Part shown: positions 12,685 to 26,684 of the stretch, piece after piece | Layout: each line of letters opens with the position of its first letter | Numbering within the stretch: position 1 is the stretch's first letter | The notes under the pieces: generated by a model | What the model was told of the DNA's origin: nothing | The model's database searches: none | Seen by the model: only the letters and a program-made list of their open reading frames with translations | Made by a program: the position numbers and the translations under genes | Source: Octopus vulgaris | Lineage: Eukaryota | DNA: 64,000 nt | Reading direction: 5' to 3' | Assembly (NCBI GenBank): GCA_951406725.2 | Contig: OX597827.1 | Location: 81,840,001-81,904,000, forward strand

Positions 12685-13110
12685 CTACCACATGGTTCCA
12701 AATTCAGTCCCACTGTGTGACACCTTAGGCAAGCATCTTCTACTATAGCCCTGGGCCAACCAAAGCTTTGTGAGAAGATTTTGTCGACAGAAACTGTAGG
12801 AAGCCTGTCATATATATATATATGTGTGTGTGTTTGTGTTTGTGTCTGTCCCTCACCACCACATGACAACTTGTTACATCCCTGTAACTTAATGGTTCGA
12901 CAAAAGAGATTGACAGAATAAGTACTGGGTTTTAACAAAAATAAGTTGTTTTTTTTACCGTCCAACCCATGCTAGCATGGAAAGCGGACGCTAAATGATG
13001 ATGATGATGATGATGATGATGAAGTCTCAGGATTGATTCATTTGGCTAAAACATTCATGTCCCAGCCTGGCCACAGTTTAACGACTGAAACAAGTGAAAG
13101 GATAAAAGAT
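12685..13110 (+). mobile_element. tRNA-derived CORE-like SINE, family B, with nested family E tail
   Basis: GACACCTTAGGCAAGCATCTTCTACTATAGCC core, internal (TA/TG)n and GACTGAAACAAGT tail. GTCCAACCCATGCTAGCATGGAAAGCGGACG+(GAT)n is inserted at ~12958-13022. Confidence 0.82.
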
Positions 13111-14974
13111 TAAAGACAAAAGATACATACTTTTAGATCAGTTCAAATATATTTGGAACACATTTGACCAGTAATAAAAACCATTTTCACTGCAACTTGC
13201 CATGGAGAAGACCTTCACTTTAGGTTATAAATGTCAAAACAGCAACAGTCATTTATTTCATGGCACTGTCTGCTAGAATGGTGAACACATTTCAAATGAT
13301 TTGGTTATTATCTTCATTGTGTGTTACAAGGCAGACAGAATTTTCAATAGGCATACTGTAAAGTTTACATACTTGACCCCATCTGACATGTTTGATTTTA
13401 CAGCAGCTCATAACACAAGAAACTTGAAAGCCTTAGAAGCAAAGGCAGAAACTGGTCATCATTAAGAAGCTACAAAGAAAAAGTCTGGGTCTACCTTTAA
13501 TGAAAGAAATTTATCCAATCAACAGGAAGAGAGAGTTGATGTGTTGCATGTCTCTGGACAGAATACAGGAAGATGTTAATCTCCCAATGCCTCATACAGA
13601 GAATAGTAGTAACGTTAATACAGTAAATAGAAATTCATAACTATAGACTGAATCATCACCAACATTATTTAACGCTGACTTTCCCTACTGACATGGGTTG
13701 GACAGTTTGACAGGGAACCAGTGATCTGCAGGGCTGTGATGAGCTCCACTTTCATCTTTTGCATGGTTTCCCTTACTAATACTAACCACTTTACACTGTG
13801 TGCTGCATGGCACCAACACTAGTGAAGTTGCCATGTAATTTGCAGGACAGAACAAAACAGAGGAATAGGAACAAAGTTTCCACATTTAAAAGGAAGTATT
13901 GGGGAGGGGAAAGTAAAGGTGGGTGGCTGTTTACCAGATGTTGAAAAGGCTAAAAGTATGATAGAGGGACAAGCACAGATGTCTTACTATAGAAGAGATA
14001 TATGGCTGAAGCAAATAAGAGGAAGGTAGTGATGTGGTGCTAGAGCAAACTCCCAAGAAGTGAAAAAGAGAGCATAAGAGAGGATAGAAATAGTGGGTTG
14101 TGGGAAGAGACGATAATGTGTGGTTGCTTTCATAGGACTGTGAGAGCAGAGTGAATGGGTGAAAGTGGAGATCAATGTAGTGTGTGATGAACAAGAATGG
14201 GGAGAGCAGGTGATGGGAAAATACCAGTATGTAGAGGGTTAAGTGAGAGACATAACAATGAATGAATTATGTATTTCTAGGAACCATAACAATTTCCCCT
14301 TGGTCAATCAATGTCTAAAAAAATATAGTTTATAGATATTGTGTAACAACACCTGAAAGAGTATATTGTTACATAGACACTTGTGCAACTTAATTCAAAT
14401 TCACACTTTATAACCACTCTTCATTTTTTGAAAATAAAATAAAAGAAACTGTTATAATATTAAATAGATTTGTTTGGAGACTAAAGGAGAATAATATTAA
14501 CAACTTATTCACGTGGTCTACGATAGGAAGTTCTCCGTTGTATAATGGAGGGAAATTCTCAGTGCAATTTGTAACAAGAAGAAACATTTGATATCCTTAA
14601 ATGTTACTCCAACTTCATAAATAAACCTAATGGATGTCTAACAACATTCTTAGTTTTGCCAAACAAAAACCTTGAATGATTCATTTGTTCTCTGCTACAA
14701 ATAGATAAGTTCTATATTTTTGTTACTTTTAAGCATATTTTTTCATATGAACCACCCTTGAACAATGTAAGAAATCCCGTCTCAACTAGAATTAAGATTA
14801 ATAAATTCAAAACTGAGATCATATTCTAAAAATTCAGCTTCCCTGATTTCGTTTTAAGCTCTGATTAGCTTCTAGGTGCACCATTTCTAGCCATAAAGAA
14901 ATTCACCCAAATTCCTGGTCATAGTCTATATTTCTCACAACTAATATTATATGATTTACTAATTCTCTTGAATC

Positions 14975-15230
14975 ATCGTCATTTAACATCTGCTTTTCAT
15001 GCTGGCATGGGTTGGACGGTTTGACTGAGGACGCCAATCTGATCTGACAAAGTTTCTACAGTTAGATGCCCTTCCTAACGCCAACCACTCCAAGGGTATA
15101 GTAGGTGCTTTTATGTGCCACCGGCACGAGGGCCAATCAGGTGCTTCTCGCAATGGCCATGCTCAAAAGGTGTTTTTTATGTGCTACTTGCATGGGAGCC
15201 AGTCCGGTGGCACAGGCAATGACCACGCTA
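14975..15230 (-). mobile_element. Family E retroposon 3' portion ((GAT)n tail, probably RTE-related)
   Basis: Minus strand GTTGGCGTTAGGAAGGGCATC...GTCCAACCCATGCCAGCATG...GATGAT. Related pieces at ~6170, 13660, 16710, 32818 and 33272. The RTE assignment is inference. Confidence 0.7.
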
Positions 15231-18200
15231 TATGCATGTATATGTGTCCACATTTAGGCCAAGTCTTTGGTCATGTGCACAATTTAGTGAAGGGCCCCCA
15301 TGATCCTTTATAGGCCCTCCCCTTAATATTGGTAAGAAGAAAGGAAGACAAAAGAGTTGGCCTAAATTCCTTCTCCAGACAGGCCACTGTCAAAGCAACC
15401 AAGGCCATGGTGTTAGGCCCAGGTTGAAATAGGTTAACCCAACCTGACCATTCTAAATTAATTGAAATCAAGTGTGTACATTGTCTAATGTTTTCTTTCT
15501 ATTTCTAAGAAAATAGAAATGGTTTAAGAGAATTGGCTGCTATTTCTAGTAGATTTAAAGAACCATGTTAGTGGCTCTGTTGTGACTGGAATTTTCTGTG
15601 GCTCTCTTCAGATGACACATTCTTAGAGGTGGTGAATCTTGAAAAAGAAAAACAACAACACACAAAACATTATGGAGTCAGTGAGGCATTTAACCGTTTG
15701 AGCTGTGGCCTCCTTGGCACTATTTGATCCTAAACCTAATCTCCTGAGTGATTTGTGTCCAGTTCTGACAGAGATAAGAAGCAAGACTGTTGTAACATAT
15801 ATACGTATGATGCAATTTACAAACTTAGGTTCACTGTTTCTGTTCTTTGGAAAGCTTTGGGGCCTACAATGTGTAGCATGAAATGAGTCTGTCCTGATGG
15901 TGTCTGCACTGTCTTTGCTGGAATTCAATTTTCTAATGTCACACACCATTGGATTCATTATCCGAACCATTTTCACTGTTATCACTGTCTGGGTAATCTG
16001 CACCATTTCCAGCATCCAGTTCACTGAATTTCTCCAGTATATGAGGCACTTGACTGGCTGTACACAGCTTCTAGTTCTTCTGTTTTTATTCTGATGGCCC
16101 AGGCTCATTTTCACACGATAGATCTTGTTTCATTGGGAAATGTCTCCCTATTCCCACAAAAACCTGCTGCTAAAACAATTGAACTGGAGGCAGACATATT
16201 GTCTTGCTTTCAGATGTAACAGGCATTCTGATTGGTTGATCAAAACAGGATCAAAGCACACAGATTCAAGCACATGCTGTACTGTGACCCCACACCATTT
16301 CATCAGTGCTACAGCATGGGAGTGCCTAGCATTGCCACCACTCTACCAGTGTTATGGGTTCTAAGGTTTAAGGGAGGAGGTTGACTGTGGGTGTGGAGAC
16401 TCGTGCCCTACATTTTAACATGTATGGCTTATGGTCATAAACTCATAGCTTCAGTTATTGGACAAGACAGCATGCTGTAGTCTTGAGCAAGGCACTTCAC
16501 TTCACTTCCAGTCTACTCAACTCTCAATTAGCACCAGCCTCATAGTGCAGGTGCAACCCTTTTACTTCCCCTGGCAGTAACATCCTTGATGTACCATTTG
16601 TAATTACCGATTTGTAATTGCAAAAGCATTGAAAACATCAAGTGAAAATTTAGCAAATGTTACCCTTCCACACTCTCCTGCATTCCATGATTTGCCCCAC
16701 TTAGACTGTCATCATCATCAACATCATTATTTTAGCTTCCACGTGTCCATGCATGCATGGGTTGGATGGAATTTGTTGAAACAGATATTCCACAGCTGGA
16801 TGCCCTTCCTGTCACCAATCCTCATCTGCTTCCAAGCAACATGGTAACATTTACCAATGGCTGGATATGTCCTCACAAAATATTGGAATCAATCTACAAT
16901 ATGGAATCAATCTACACAGGGTTCAATCCTTATATTGGAATATTATCAACAACCAAGTATTCTGTTTGCTTGTCAGCAGAGGTATTGTTTCCAAAGTTTA
17001 CTGTGTGCTTTAGCAAACTGAAAAACCTGATTTGCATAATACAATGCACAGCAGTAGCTAGTTTGTTTATGAAGTGATTGATGCATAAACAGTCTTTTTG
17101 TTAGGATGCTGAATGTTTTTCATATGAAAATTCACCAGAACTGGTGTGGTCTCATCACTAGCAGCACTTTTAGGGGGGGGGGCAGCACCACTTTTGGGCC
17201 TGCTGTACGCAATATGTATTTTTTGTAGGAGCAGCAAATTGTATTTTTTGTGGGGCAGCAAACTGAAGGGCTGCTCCTGGCAGCACACAGTCTAACTATG
17301 CTAGTAGGTCTCATTTGATGACGAGAAGTAGAGTAACATTAGTTAAGCACAAAGCTAAGTTTCCTCACTGAAAAAGAAAGCTAATATCTATTGTCAAGCA
17401 GTAATAATCTACATTGTAGCTAGGTTCTATTAGTGTCCAATGGTCACATACTGTTTAGCCAGAAATAATGATGAATGTCTTGATTTTTTTGTCCCAGATT
17501 CAGAACAAGGTGTGACATTTTGTTATTAACAATATACTATTTTTTTTTTTGTTTTTTTCCAATTGTTCTTGGTTCACATCATTCTTTGTCTCTCTCTCTG
17601 TATTCTGTAAAATATTTTTTACTTTATTTTTACCTCTTTTTGAAAATGGCAGAGTGGAATAGAAATAGTTGTTTCAAGCAGAATATAAAACAAAGAGGCA
17701 AACATTCAAATCCAATTAAAGTTTAGTATTTTGTAGTGAATTTATGGAAAAAAAGAAATTTCTTTCAGATGAGGTCATATCTCAAATAAGAATACCTTCC
17801 TGTATCAAAGTCCACATTTGTTAGATCCCTTTAAACAAAGAAAATCATGCTTTCCACAATACCAGTAAAATATACACCAGCCAGAGTACTAGGGAAGATA
17901 TAATAGACAAAAGCCCCTAAAGGTGGTGACCCTGAATAGCCTCACTCATATAACTGAAGCCAGTAAAAGAAGAAGGGTTATTAATCTACCCTGGGATAGG
18001 ATACTAGTCCACTTCTGTTAACTTCTCCAGAATGTCTGATTGCTGTTTTTCTTCAAACTTTGGTATGTAGCACACATTGTCCTCTCTGGAGACAATGTGG
18101 GTATATACATGTACCCCAGGGACATACCGAACTGCATATAGCACAGTCTGAATCCACACCCCATGATGCCACACTACAATAACCACCTGACCATACTACT

Positions 18201-18504
18201 TCTGTGCTAGAGCAGAGGTTTCTGGTGTCGGTGCCTTGAGATGCACAGTAGCTTTATAGCACATATGACTTCCTTGCATACACAGGTTCCTGCATGTGAG
18301 TAACCATACTGTGCATTTGGCAGTGCAAAGCACAAAGCAGCACACATGGACTAATGGGTCATGTGACTTTGAAGTGCATTTTAACTTTTGCAGTGAACAT
18401 CAATTTATGGTGCACATAGCATCACAGTGACAGCAGCCGGGCTGTATCTGCCATGGGACCCTGCAATAATAGTTAACCTTCCTCACACATCACTTTGTTA
18501 TATA

Positions 18505-18740
18505 TTCTTTTATTGTTTCACTTGTTTCAGTCATTTGACTGTGGCCACACTGGAGCACTGTCTTGAGTCGAGCAAATCGACCCCAGGACTTACTCTTTGT
18601 AGGCCTAGTACTTATTCTATCAGTCTCTTTTGCCCAACCACTAAGTTACGGGGATGTAAACACACCAACATCTGTTGTCAAGCGATGGTTGGGGGACAAA
18701 CACCGACACACACACAGACACACATACATACATACATACT

Positions 18741-18788
<48 letters not shown>

Positions 18789-18966
18789 CATATATGTATA
18801 TACACGATGGGTTTCATTGTTTCCGTCTACCAAATCCACTTACAAGGCTTTGGTTGGCCCAAGGCTGTAGTGGAAGACACTTGTCCAAGGTGCAATGCAG
18901 TGGGACTGAACCCAGAACTGTAAGGTTGGTAAGCAAGCTACTTACCACTCTGCCACTCCTGTGCCT
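18505..18966 (-). mobile_element. SINE family B
   Basis: Full-length reverse-complement homology to 53712-54131. Confidence 0.9.
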
Positions 18967-19366
18967 ATTATGCATGAATTCCGCTGAGGCAAGCAGATTA
19001 TAGTTGATCACACCGACCCCAGTGCATTGGTAATTATTTCCTTGATCTCAAACAGGTGAGAGGCAAAGTTGACTTGAGTGGCATTTGAAGTTGGAATGTA
19101 AAAGTAAATGAAATGTTGCTCAGCATTTTGTGCGCTAAAGATTCTGCTGGTTGGTTGCTTTAAAGATGAGCCAACCTTGGAGGGATTTGAACTCTGAACA
19201 TAAAGACAGATTTAAAGCCTCCTTGGCAAGGCCAGAATCATCAGAAAAGTATCAGACAGTGGAAAAGGACTGAAAGCATTCTACTGTAGGTTGCAAGCCT
19301 GCTGAGCCTGCAAGTTTACAGGAGACCCAATAAGAATGATGATGATGTTGATGATGATGATAGTCT

Positions 19367-19676
19367 AGTGTTATCATGTACATTGTTTTGTCTTGGTATA
19401 AAAGATGGACTACAGCAAATATTCTGCTCAATACCACAGATTTGTTTGTCAGTTGTTTGACCTTAACCAGTTGAGCATGTCCCATGGTGGCTGACAATAT
19501 GTGCATCTCTGATCACGAGCAGAAGTAGTGGGGGAGCATCATAACCATGTGTTGAGAGGAATTCTTTGGGGTTTGGATAATTCATCTTGGACACAAGGGT
19601 GTTTCATTCATCATCCTTAGACAACCCTTATTTAGGGACCTTTTGAGCAGGATGGGCCCCACCTGCAAGGTCATGC
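19367..19676. repeat. Family D repeat, inverted relative to 7975-8470
   Basis: Reverse complement of ~8130-8445. Confidence 0.82.
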
Positions 19677-20720
19677 CAGTGTTGGTATGTTTACATCCCC
19701 ATGACTTAGCAGTTTGATAAAAGCAACTGGTAGGATAAATACCAGGCTTCAAAGAAAAATAAGTGTTTGGATTGATTTGTCTGACTGAAATTCTTCAGGG
19801 CAGTGCCCCAGCATGGCCACAGTCCAATGACTGAAACAAGTAAAAGATGAAAACTAAAGCCGTTTTTCAGCCAATATTTTTGCTCTTTGAGTTAAAATTC
19901 CAGCTTGTAATTGAGCGTTGGTTGACCAAGACATGGGTGACCGACCCCTTACAATCACTTGTCACCAGGGTCTCACATGTGTGGGAATAAATATTGAATG
20001 ACACACATAGTGAATTGCTGTTATTGTTGTGGTTGTTGTTATGCAACAAAACGGGTAAGGGTGATTAGGTGATGGTCGAGGGCTTAGGGGCGGGAGACCC
20101 CAGACCTTGGGGAAAAAAAAGAAAAATTTGGTCGTCTTGTTGTAGTGGAGGGCTCTTCGTTGACGCCCGACACCACTGGGAGGAGGTGGCCCTCGAAGTC
20201 GCTGGAAATGGAGATCTCCAGGTCTAAATTCTTGAACGGTTGTTGCCGTTGTTGTGGTGGTGGTTGTCACTGATGTTGTTGTTGTTGTTGTTATTGTTGT
20301 TGCTGTTGTTGTTGCTCTTGCTGTTGTTGTTGTAATTGCTACTAAATCCGAATGACACTAACACTTGTCTTGCTTCTCTCTTCTTCCAGTTACCCACCCG
20401 AACACCCAAAAAATAAGTTTGATTCCTTCAAAATACACGACCAGCAACTTGTGACCAAACCACTGCAGATGAGGACAGGAAGAGTCAACAACAACAACAA
20501 CAACAACCAACAACCAACAAACAAACAAACAGCAAACAAACAACTACTGCTGCTGCTACTGTGAACACTGATAGGACAGAAGAGCACAATACATTCCACC
20601 CTCCCCCAGCCCCTCTACCCCTTTTCCAGCCCCACCCCCAGTCCCTCCAGCCCTTCCATACCCACCTTGCACCAACTAATAACATGGAATTCTTATAAGA
20701 GACAAAACAATTATGTAATG

Positions 20721-20769
<49 letters not shown>

Positions 20770-20839
20770 TGATGATGATGATGATAATGTTGTTGGGTGA
20801 TGAGTATGTCCTTCTCCCACCCCATTCCCTTTACAGCTG

Positions 20840-20880
20840 TGAATGAGTAGGGAAGGGGACACTGGCTGCTTTATTTATAC
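20840..20880 (-). promoter_or_regulatory. Candidate Pol II core promoter (TATA plus Inr-like)
   Basis: Minus strand TATAAATA at 20879-20872 followed ~35 nt later by TCATTC, upstream of a locally CpG-richer non-TE stretch (19900-20450). Spacing is slightly long and there is no transcript evidence. Confidence 0.3.
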
Positions 20881-21098
20881 CACCCCCACACCCCACCACC
20901 ACCTTTGCCATGCACTGTTGAAGTGAGATGCTTACATCCGGGATAGAGCAACTCACAACCTCAAGTTCACTCATGCATCAAACATGTAGACAATGATGAT
21001 GATAGTGATAATGATGGTGGTGGTGATGAGGATGTTGGTCAGAGCAACATTATTATTAAATGGTTTTTTTTCTCTCAGCTAAAATGCTGCTGCTAAGC

Positions 21099-21136
<38 letters not shown>

Positions 21137-21189
21137 GAACTTTGGGGTAATTACATCAATATCATTATCAACACCATGAACACCAAGCC

Positions 21190-21925
21190 AATGAGGACAG
21201 CTCTAGGTGGTTGTTTGTGCCAATAGAAATAACAGCCAGGTCTTCCTCAAATGAAACTTCACACATTCTAGAAAAAGAAGGACACATTAGATGATGTAGT
21301 CCTAGATCCTACCATACCAAAACAAGAGATATAAATAAATAGAATATGGGATGGTCATGCTTGGAATGCTTTTCACCGTGGGTCAGTTTCTGATGTTGGA
21401 GCTGACCTGGGACTAAATAGAAAGATTAACAATAGCAACAATTCTTTTTAATTTCAATAATAATAATAATACCCAGGGGCACTATGCAATACCTGCAACT
21501 GGATATGAACCTGTGCCTCCAGAAGTGAAAAACATTAGTAACATAAAACAAAAAAAATGATTTCAGCCTGGCATGAAGTTCACAACACACCACCTGTAGT
21601 GGTTAGAGGATGTCATGAACTTTGGTTATGTTTCTCACTAACAGCCAACAGCTAGAAATAGCAGCCAAATCTCTTGACTCACATTCTAATATCTTACACA
21701 TTAAATATGCAACATCTGGAAAAAAATGAAACAGAGATGGAATGTCTTTGATCATAAGTCTGCTATGGGAAATTTGACCAAAAATTAAACAACAACAACA
21801 ACAATTTTATGTAATGTAGTTCTAGACATACTATATCTGAATAAATGAGTTGGTCATGGCTAGAATGCCTGTGATTACTGGACTACTTAATCAGACTTGA
21901 CCTGGGGTGAAACAACAACAAAAAC
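21190..21925 (-). repeat. Old unclassified repeat family H, partial tandem copies
   Basis: Motifs TAGAAATAGCAGCCAAATCTC, ATGTAGTCCTAGA, ATGGTCATGGCTGGAATG and GACCTGGGGCTAAACAAC recur (as diverged variants) here and, as reverse complements, at ~11420-11580 and ~56490-56970. Confidence 0.65.
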
Positions 21926-22929
21926 AAATGACAATAATAATAAAAATAATAAGTTTTTTTTCTAATATAGGCACAATGCCACACCTTTGGATGTAGTGGA
22001 AGTCTATGTTGACCCCAAAATATATCTGGTACCTATTTTGTTAACCACAATAAGGACAGAATGTAAAGCCAACCGCAGTGGAATTAATTACAGTTTAACG
22101 ACAAGAGATGGCCATGGATGGAATATACTAACAACAATGAGAGACAGAAAGATATAAAAAAAAAGGAGAAAGAAAAATATTGCAAAGGATGGTACAACAA
22201 TGGCAGCAACAATGATTATAAGAACCAAATAAAATGTGTTAAAACATATGGCCACCACAACTTGGACTCTTCATATCACAAAAGAAAGACCCAATGTTAT
22301 AAATAACAAAACAATAACAAAAACAGAACAACCATGATGATGATGATGATGTTGAGGAGGAGGGGGAGGAAGAGGAGGGGTCACTGATGGTGATGGTAAG
22401 GAAGTGTTGTTGCAAAATTAGGAAGTAAGAAAAGAATTGAGAGTTCCCATCAACACTTGATTAACTGAATAGAAGACAGGATGGTCACAAGTGGATTGTC
22501 TTTGACTAATAGACATGCTGTATCGTAGTTGACATGGGAACAACAATAATGGTCAGTACGATCAGATGTATTTATTATGGCAGTTACCTCACATGTAAAT
22601 TACAGTGGTGGTGGTCATGGTGGAGTAGGACAGTGAAACAGTAAATCCTCCCCCTCCCCCCCAACACACAACCGAGATTACTTCATTGCTATGACAACAG
22701 ACATACTTCCTTATCCCAGAATTTCACACACTCTTCACCAATTTCATATGAATTTCATAGATGTCACAGAATTTTTTCGATACCTGCCATCTCTGAAGAG
22801 TATGTGTATTAGAAAACAACCCTGCCATCTAGTGTCTGGTGTGAAACTGATTGCTATGATTAGATGGAATGGATCTACAATATACTTTGATTAATATATA
22901 TATACATACATGCCTACATACATACATAC

Positions 22930-22998
<69 letters not shown>

Positions 22999-23610
22999 GT
23001 ATCTGTATATAAGTATGTATCTGTATATACATGTGTATATAATTTATATAAGAGCAATGCATACACGTACATTATATAAATGTTGCTCATATTTTGAGTT
23101 TGAGCAGAATTTTATGATTTGATACTGGCTTCACCCCTCCCCCTCCTATTCCTCCATGTCATTGTTGACATCATTATCATCATCATCATCATCATTATGA
23201 ACTCTTATCTATCTTTGATGATGCAACAAAGAGCCATCAACCTCACTACCAGGCATGCACACATACATATATACATTTATTTGTATAAGTATATATACAT
23301 ATAAATACATTATGCGTATGTCTATGTGTGAAGATGAAAGAGAAGCAAGCTACCACCTCTACAGGTATTTATAACTTTATAATTTTACCACATCTGCATG
23401 TATGTAGAATATGTATATATGTTATGTGTGTGTGTGTGTGTATATATGTGTTTATAAAATACTGAATGTGTTGTGATTAATACTTTGAGATTAAAACTTA
23501 GACATATTTCATTTGAGATTTTAATATATATGCTAATTATATTCAAATGTATTCAATGTGTGTGTGCGTGTGTATTCAGTGTGTGTGTGTGTGTGTAAAC
23601 AAACCCTGTC

Positions 23611-23841
23611 TGTCAGGTCAAACATATATTATCAGATACTGGGTGACATCTTAATACCTGCTCGACATCAGCGAAATTGATGTATTTTGTGCAGAAGAAG
23701 GAAGTTCTCTTTACTTCTCCTTGGTACATTGAAACCACCATGGAACATTTTTCTGCTCAAAATACATCAATTTATTTGAAGCTGGGGAGTAAGTCACATG
23801 TTTAGAAAATAGATGTTTGGTGATAGATGTTTGACCTGACA
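23611..23841. repeat. Decayed ~230-bp palindrome (nested inverted repeats)
   Basis: Outer 15-bp perfect IR at 23611-23625/23827-23841; inner 22/23-bp IR at 23674-23696/23751-23773; near-symmetric spacing. Confidence 0.8.
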
Positions 23842-24316
23842 TTTTGAAATTTCAGCTAACAATGGATCAGCAAGTTTTCTAGAAATATCAATATATATAA
23901 ACTCTACATTCCTTATATTGAGTGCATGGCTCTTTAGTATATGTAGCCTGTGTGATCCTTTATGTGTATGATGTGTGTTTATGTATGTATACATGTATAT
24001 ACATATATGTATACATGTATCTATCTACATCTGTCTACCTATATGTGTATGTATCTATATATATATATAGAGAGAGAGGGGGGATTTTTCATTATTATTA
24101 TTATTCGCAAACACTTGCAGATACAAATACTACCAGTTGAAAGCTCTGCATTCCAGACAGGCTTAAGGGTCATCAGGAGAGAATGCATGCCATTTCAGGG
24201 CTTTTCACAAAATGACATTATTACACACTGTGTCCCTCACTCAGACGAGGCCCCACTTCCTTGACCATCTGATTACTAGACTTCACTCAATATGCATCGA
24301 TGACCAACATCATTCC

Positions 24317-24734
<418 letters not shown>

Positions 24735-24873
24735 TTAATACTTTGCTTGTACTACATCTTCGTGTTGTTTTATATCTTGTGTTTGTTCTTCGTTTTTGGG
24801 GAGATTTACTATATATATATATGTGTGTGTGAATGTATTTATTTGTATATATGGACATGTATGTATATATATA

Positions 24874-25014
<141 letters not shown>

Positions 25015-25084
25015 TTTATATACAAACTCAGCAAAATAAAAAAATATTAAGATAAACCAAACCCTAAAGCCTTCTATATATATT

Positions 25085-26684
25085 CGCAAAAGAATCTCCT
25101 TCAGTATGGTAGAAACAGGGCCACTACTTGAATAAAATGCTCTCACTGACTGCAGACCCCCAGAAGATCTGTGAACTCTTCCAGAGCTTCCTCACAACAG
25201 GGAGACTTCCCAAAAAGTTAAAGGAAGGCATAATATGCCTTATCCATAAGGGAGGTAGCAGAGCAGATGCTAAGAATTATAGACCTGTCTCTCTCTAACT
25301 TCCTACGTCAGCAAAGTCATGGTGTGCATTGTCAGGAAGAAACTAATTGCATTCCCTGAAGATAATGACTTGCTTCCTGACACCCAGCATGGCTTTCACT
25401 CAGGCAGAAGCTACCTTACACAGCTTTTGCAACACTATGACTGGGTGTTGAAACAATTAATGAATCACTCAAATGTAGATGTGATATAACTCAACTTTGC
25501 AAAGACCTTTGATAAGGTTGATCATAGGATGATATGTGACAAACTATGGAGACTCGGCATAATTGGGAAAATTGGAGAGTGGTTGCATGACTTCTTAAAA
25601 GACAGAAGCTAAGCTGTAGCAGCCAACAGAGCCCTCTCTATGGAGACGTGGAGTGCCTCAGGAAACTGTACTGGGGCCACAACTGTTCATGGTGGCTCTT
25701 TCAGACATGCCATTAGTTACACAGACAGTCACACTTACTAGCTATGCTGATGGCACAAAAGTAGTACAAACAGTCAAGGAACCTTCTGGTGCTAATCTTC
25801 TACAGAAAGACTCAGATGCCATATTTATATATGGGCTGAGGACAACAACATGCAATTTAATGCAAGCAAATCCCAAGCCCTCTGCTACCAGCTAAGTGGT
25901 GCTCAGAAGTCACAACAATGATACTTTGGCCCAAAAGGAGCGGCAATTCTAGAATCACATATGGTACATAATCTAGCAATTGATATGAGCAAGGATGCCT
26001 CGTTTCAAATGCATGTCACCAAGATGGTTGCAGTATGCAGGCGAATGGCTGGATGGATTCTGAGAACCTTCAGAACGAGGGACCTAGAAACTATGCTGGA
26101 CATTTGTCCTCAGCCATCTGGATTAATGCTCTCAACTGTGGTCATCTTACACTGTAGGATTAATAGCAGAACTTGAGGTGGTTCAGCGCTACTACACAAG
26201 GAAGATTGCATCAATAGAACAGCTACGACTCTACTCCGTGGAGCAAAGACAGGGGAGATATGCAGTGATAAATGTGTGGAAGATACTGGAGGGGTTGGCA
26301 CCAAACTTTTGGAATTGAGAGTAGTACCAGACCTCAGAATGGACGTCACTGCACTGTTCCAAAAGTCTCAGTTATCTCATCTAGGGTGAGGGCCATGTAC
26401 TGCAATAGCTTGGGATTCAAGGGCCCACAGCTATTTAACTTCTTGCTGAAACAGCTGAGGGTTCCCCATGAAGTGGGAGTAGATGTTTACAGGAAACAAC
26501 TTGACCTCTTGCTATCCAAGATCCCAGATGAGCCAATATCAGGGGCAGGAAACTCAAAAGAGAACAGCAGTATCACATTCCATCCTTCACCAAACGTCAA
26601 TCCCAGAGAATTGGCTAATTAAAAGGTGATTACTTTGGCAATGCCCCAGGTTGGCTGCAGCCTCAAGACTGAAACATATAAAAG
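25085..26684 (+). mobile_element. 5'-truncated, decayed CR1-type LINE (RT domain and 3' tail)
   Basis: Translates to IHKGGSRADAKNYRPVS, QHGFHSGRS, NFAKTFDKVDH, GVPQETVLGPQLF and SYADGTK with stops and frameshifts; ends GCCCCAGGTTGGCTGCAGCCTCAAGACTGAAAC. Confidence 0.92.

Noticed and set aside
15620-16115. Possible piggyBac transposase N-terminal remnant (acidic Ser-rich stretch, minus strand)
   Set aside because: Only compositional resemblance; no catalytic motif or TIR found.
19921-19985. Imperfect hairpin with partial likeness to miR-71 (AAGACATGGGT) and miR-125 (TGAGACCCT on the minus strand)
   Set aside because: The seeds do not match either family, and the pairing is too weak for a pre-miRNA call.
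22685-22698. ATTGCTATGACAAC, relaxed X-box match upstream of the candidate promoter
   Set aside because: The relaxed consensus is degenerate enough to occur several times by chance in 64 kb.
23342-23372. GAAGC...CTCTACAGGTAT resembling miR-993
   Set aside because: The seed is disrupted and no complementary arm is nearby.
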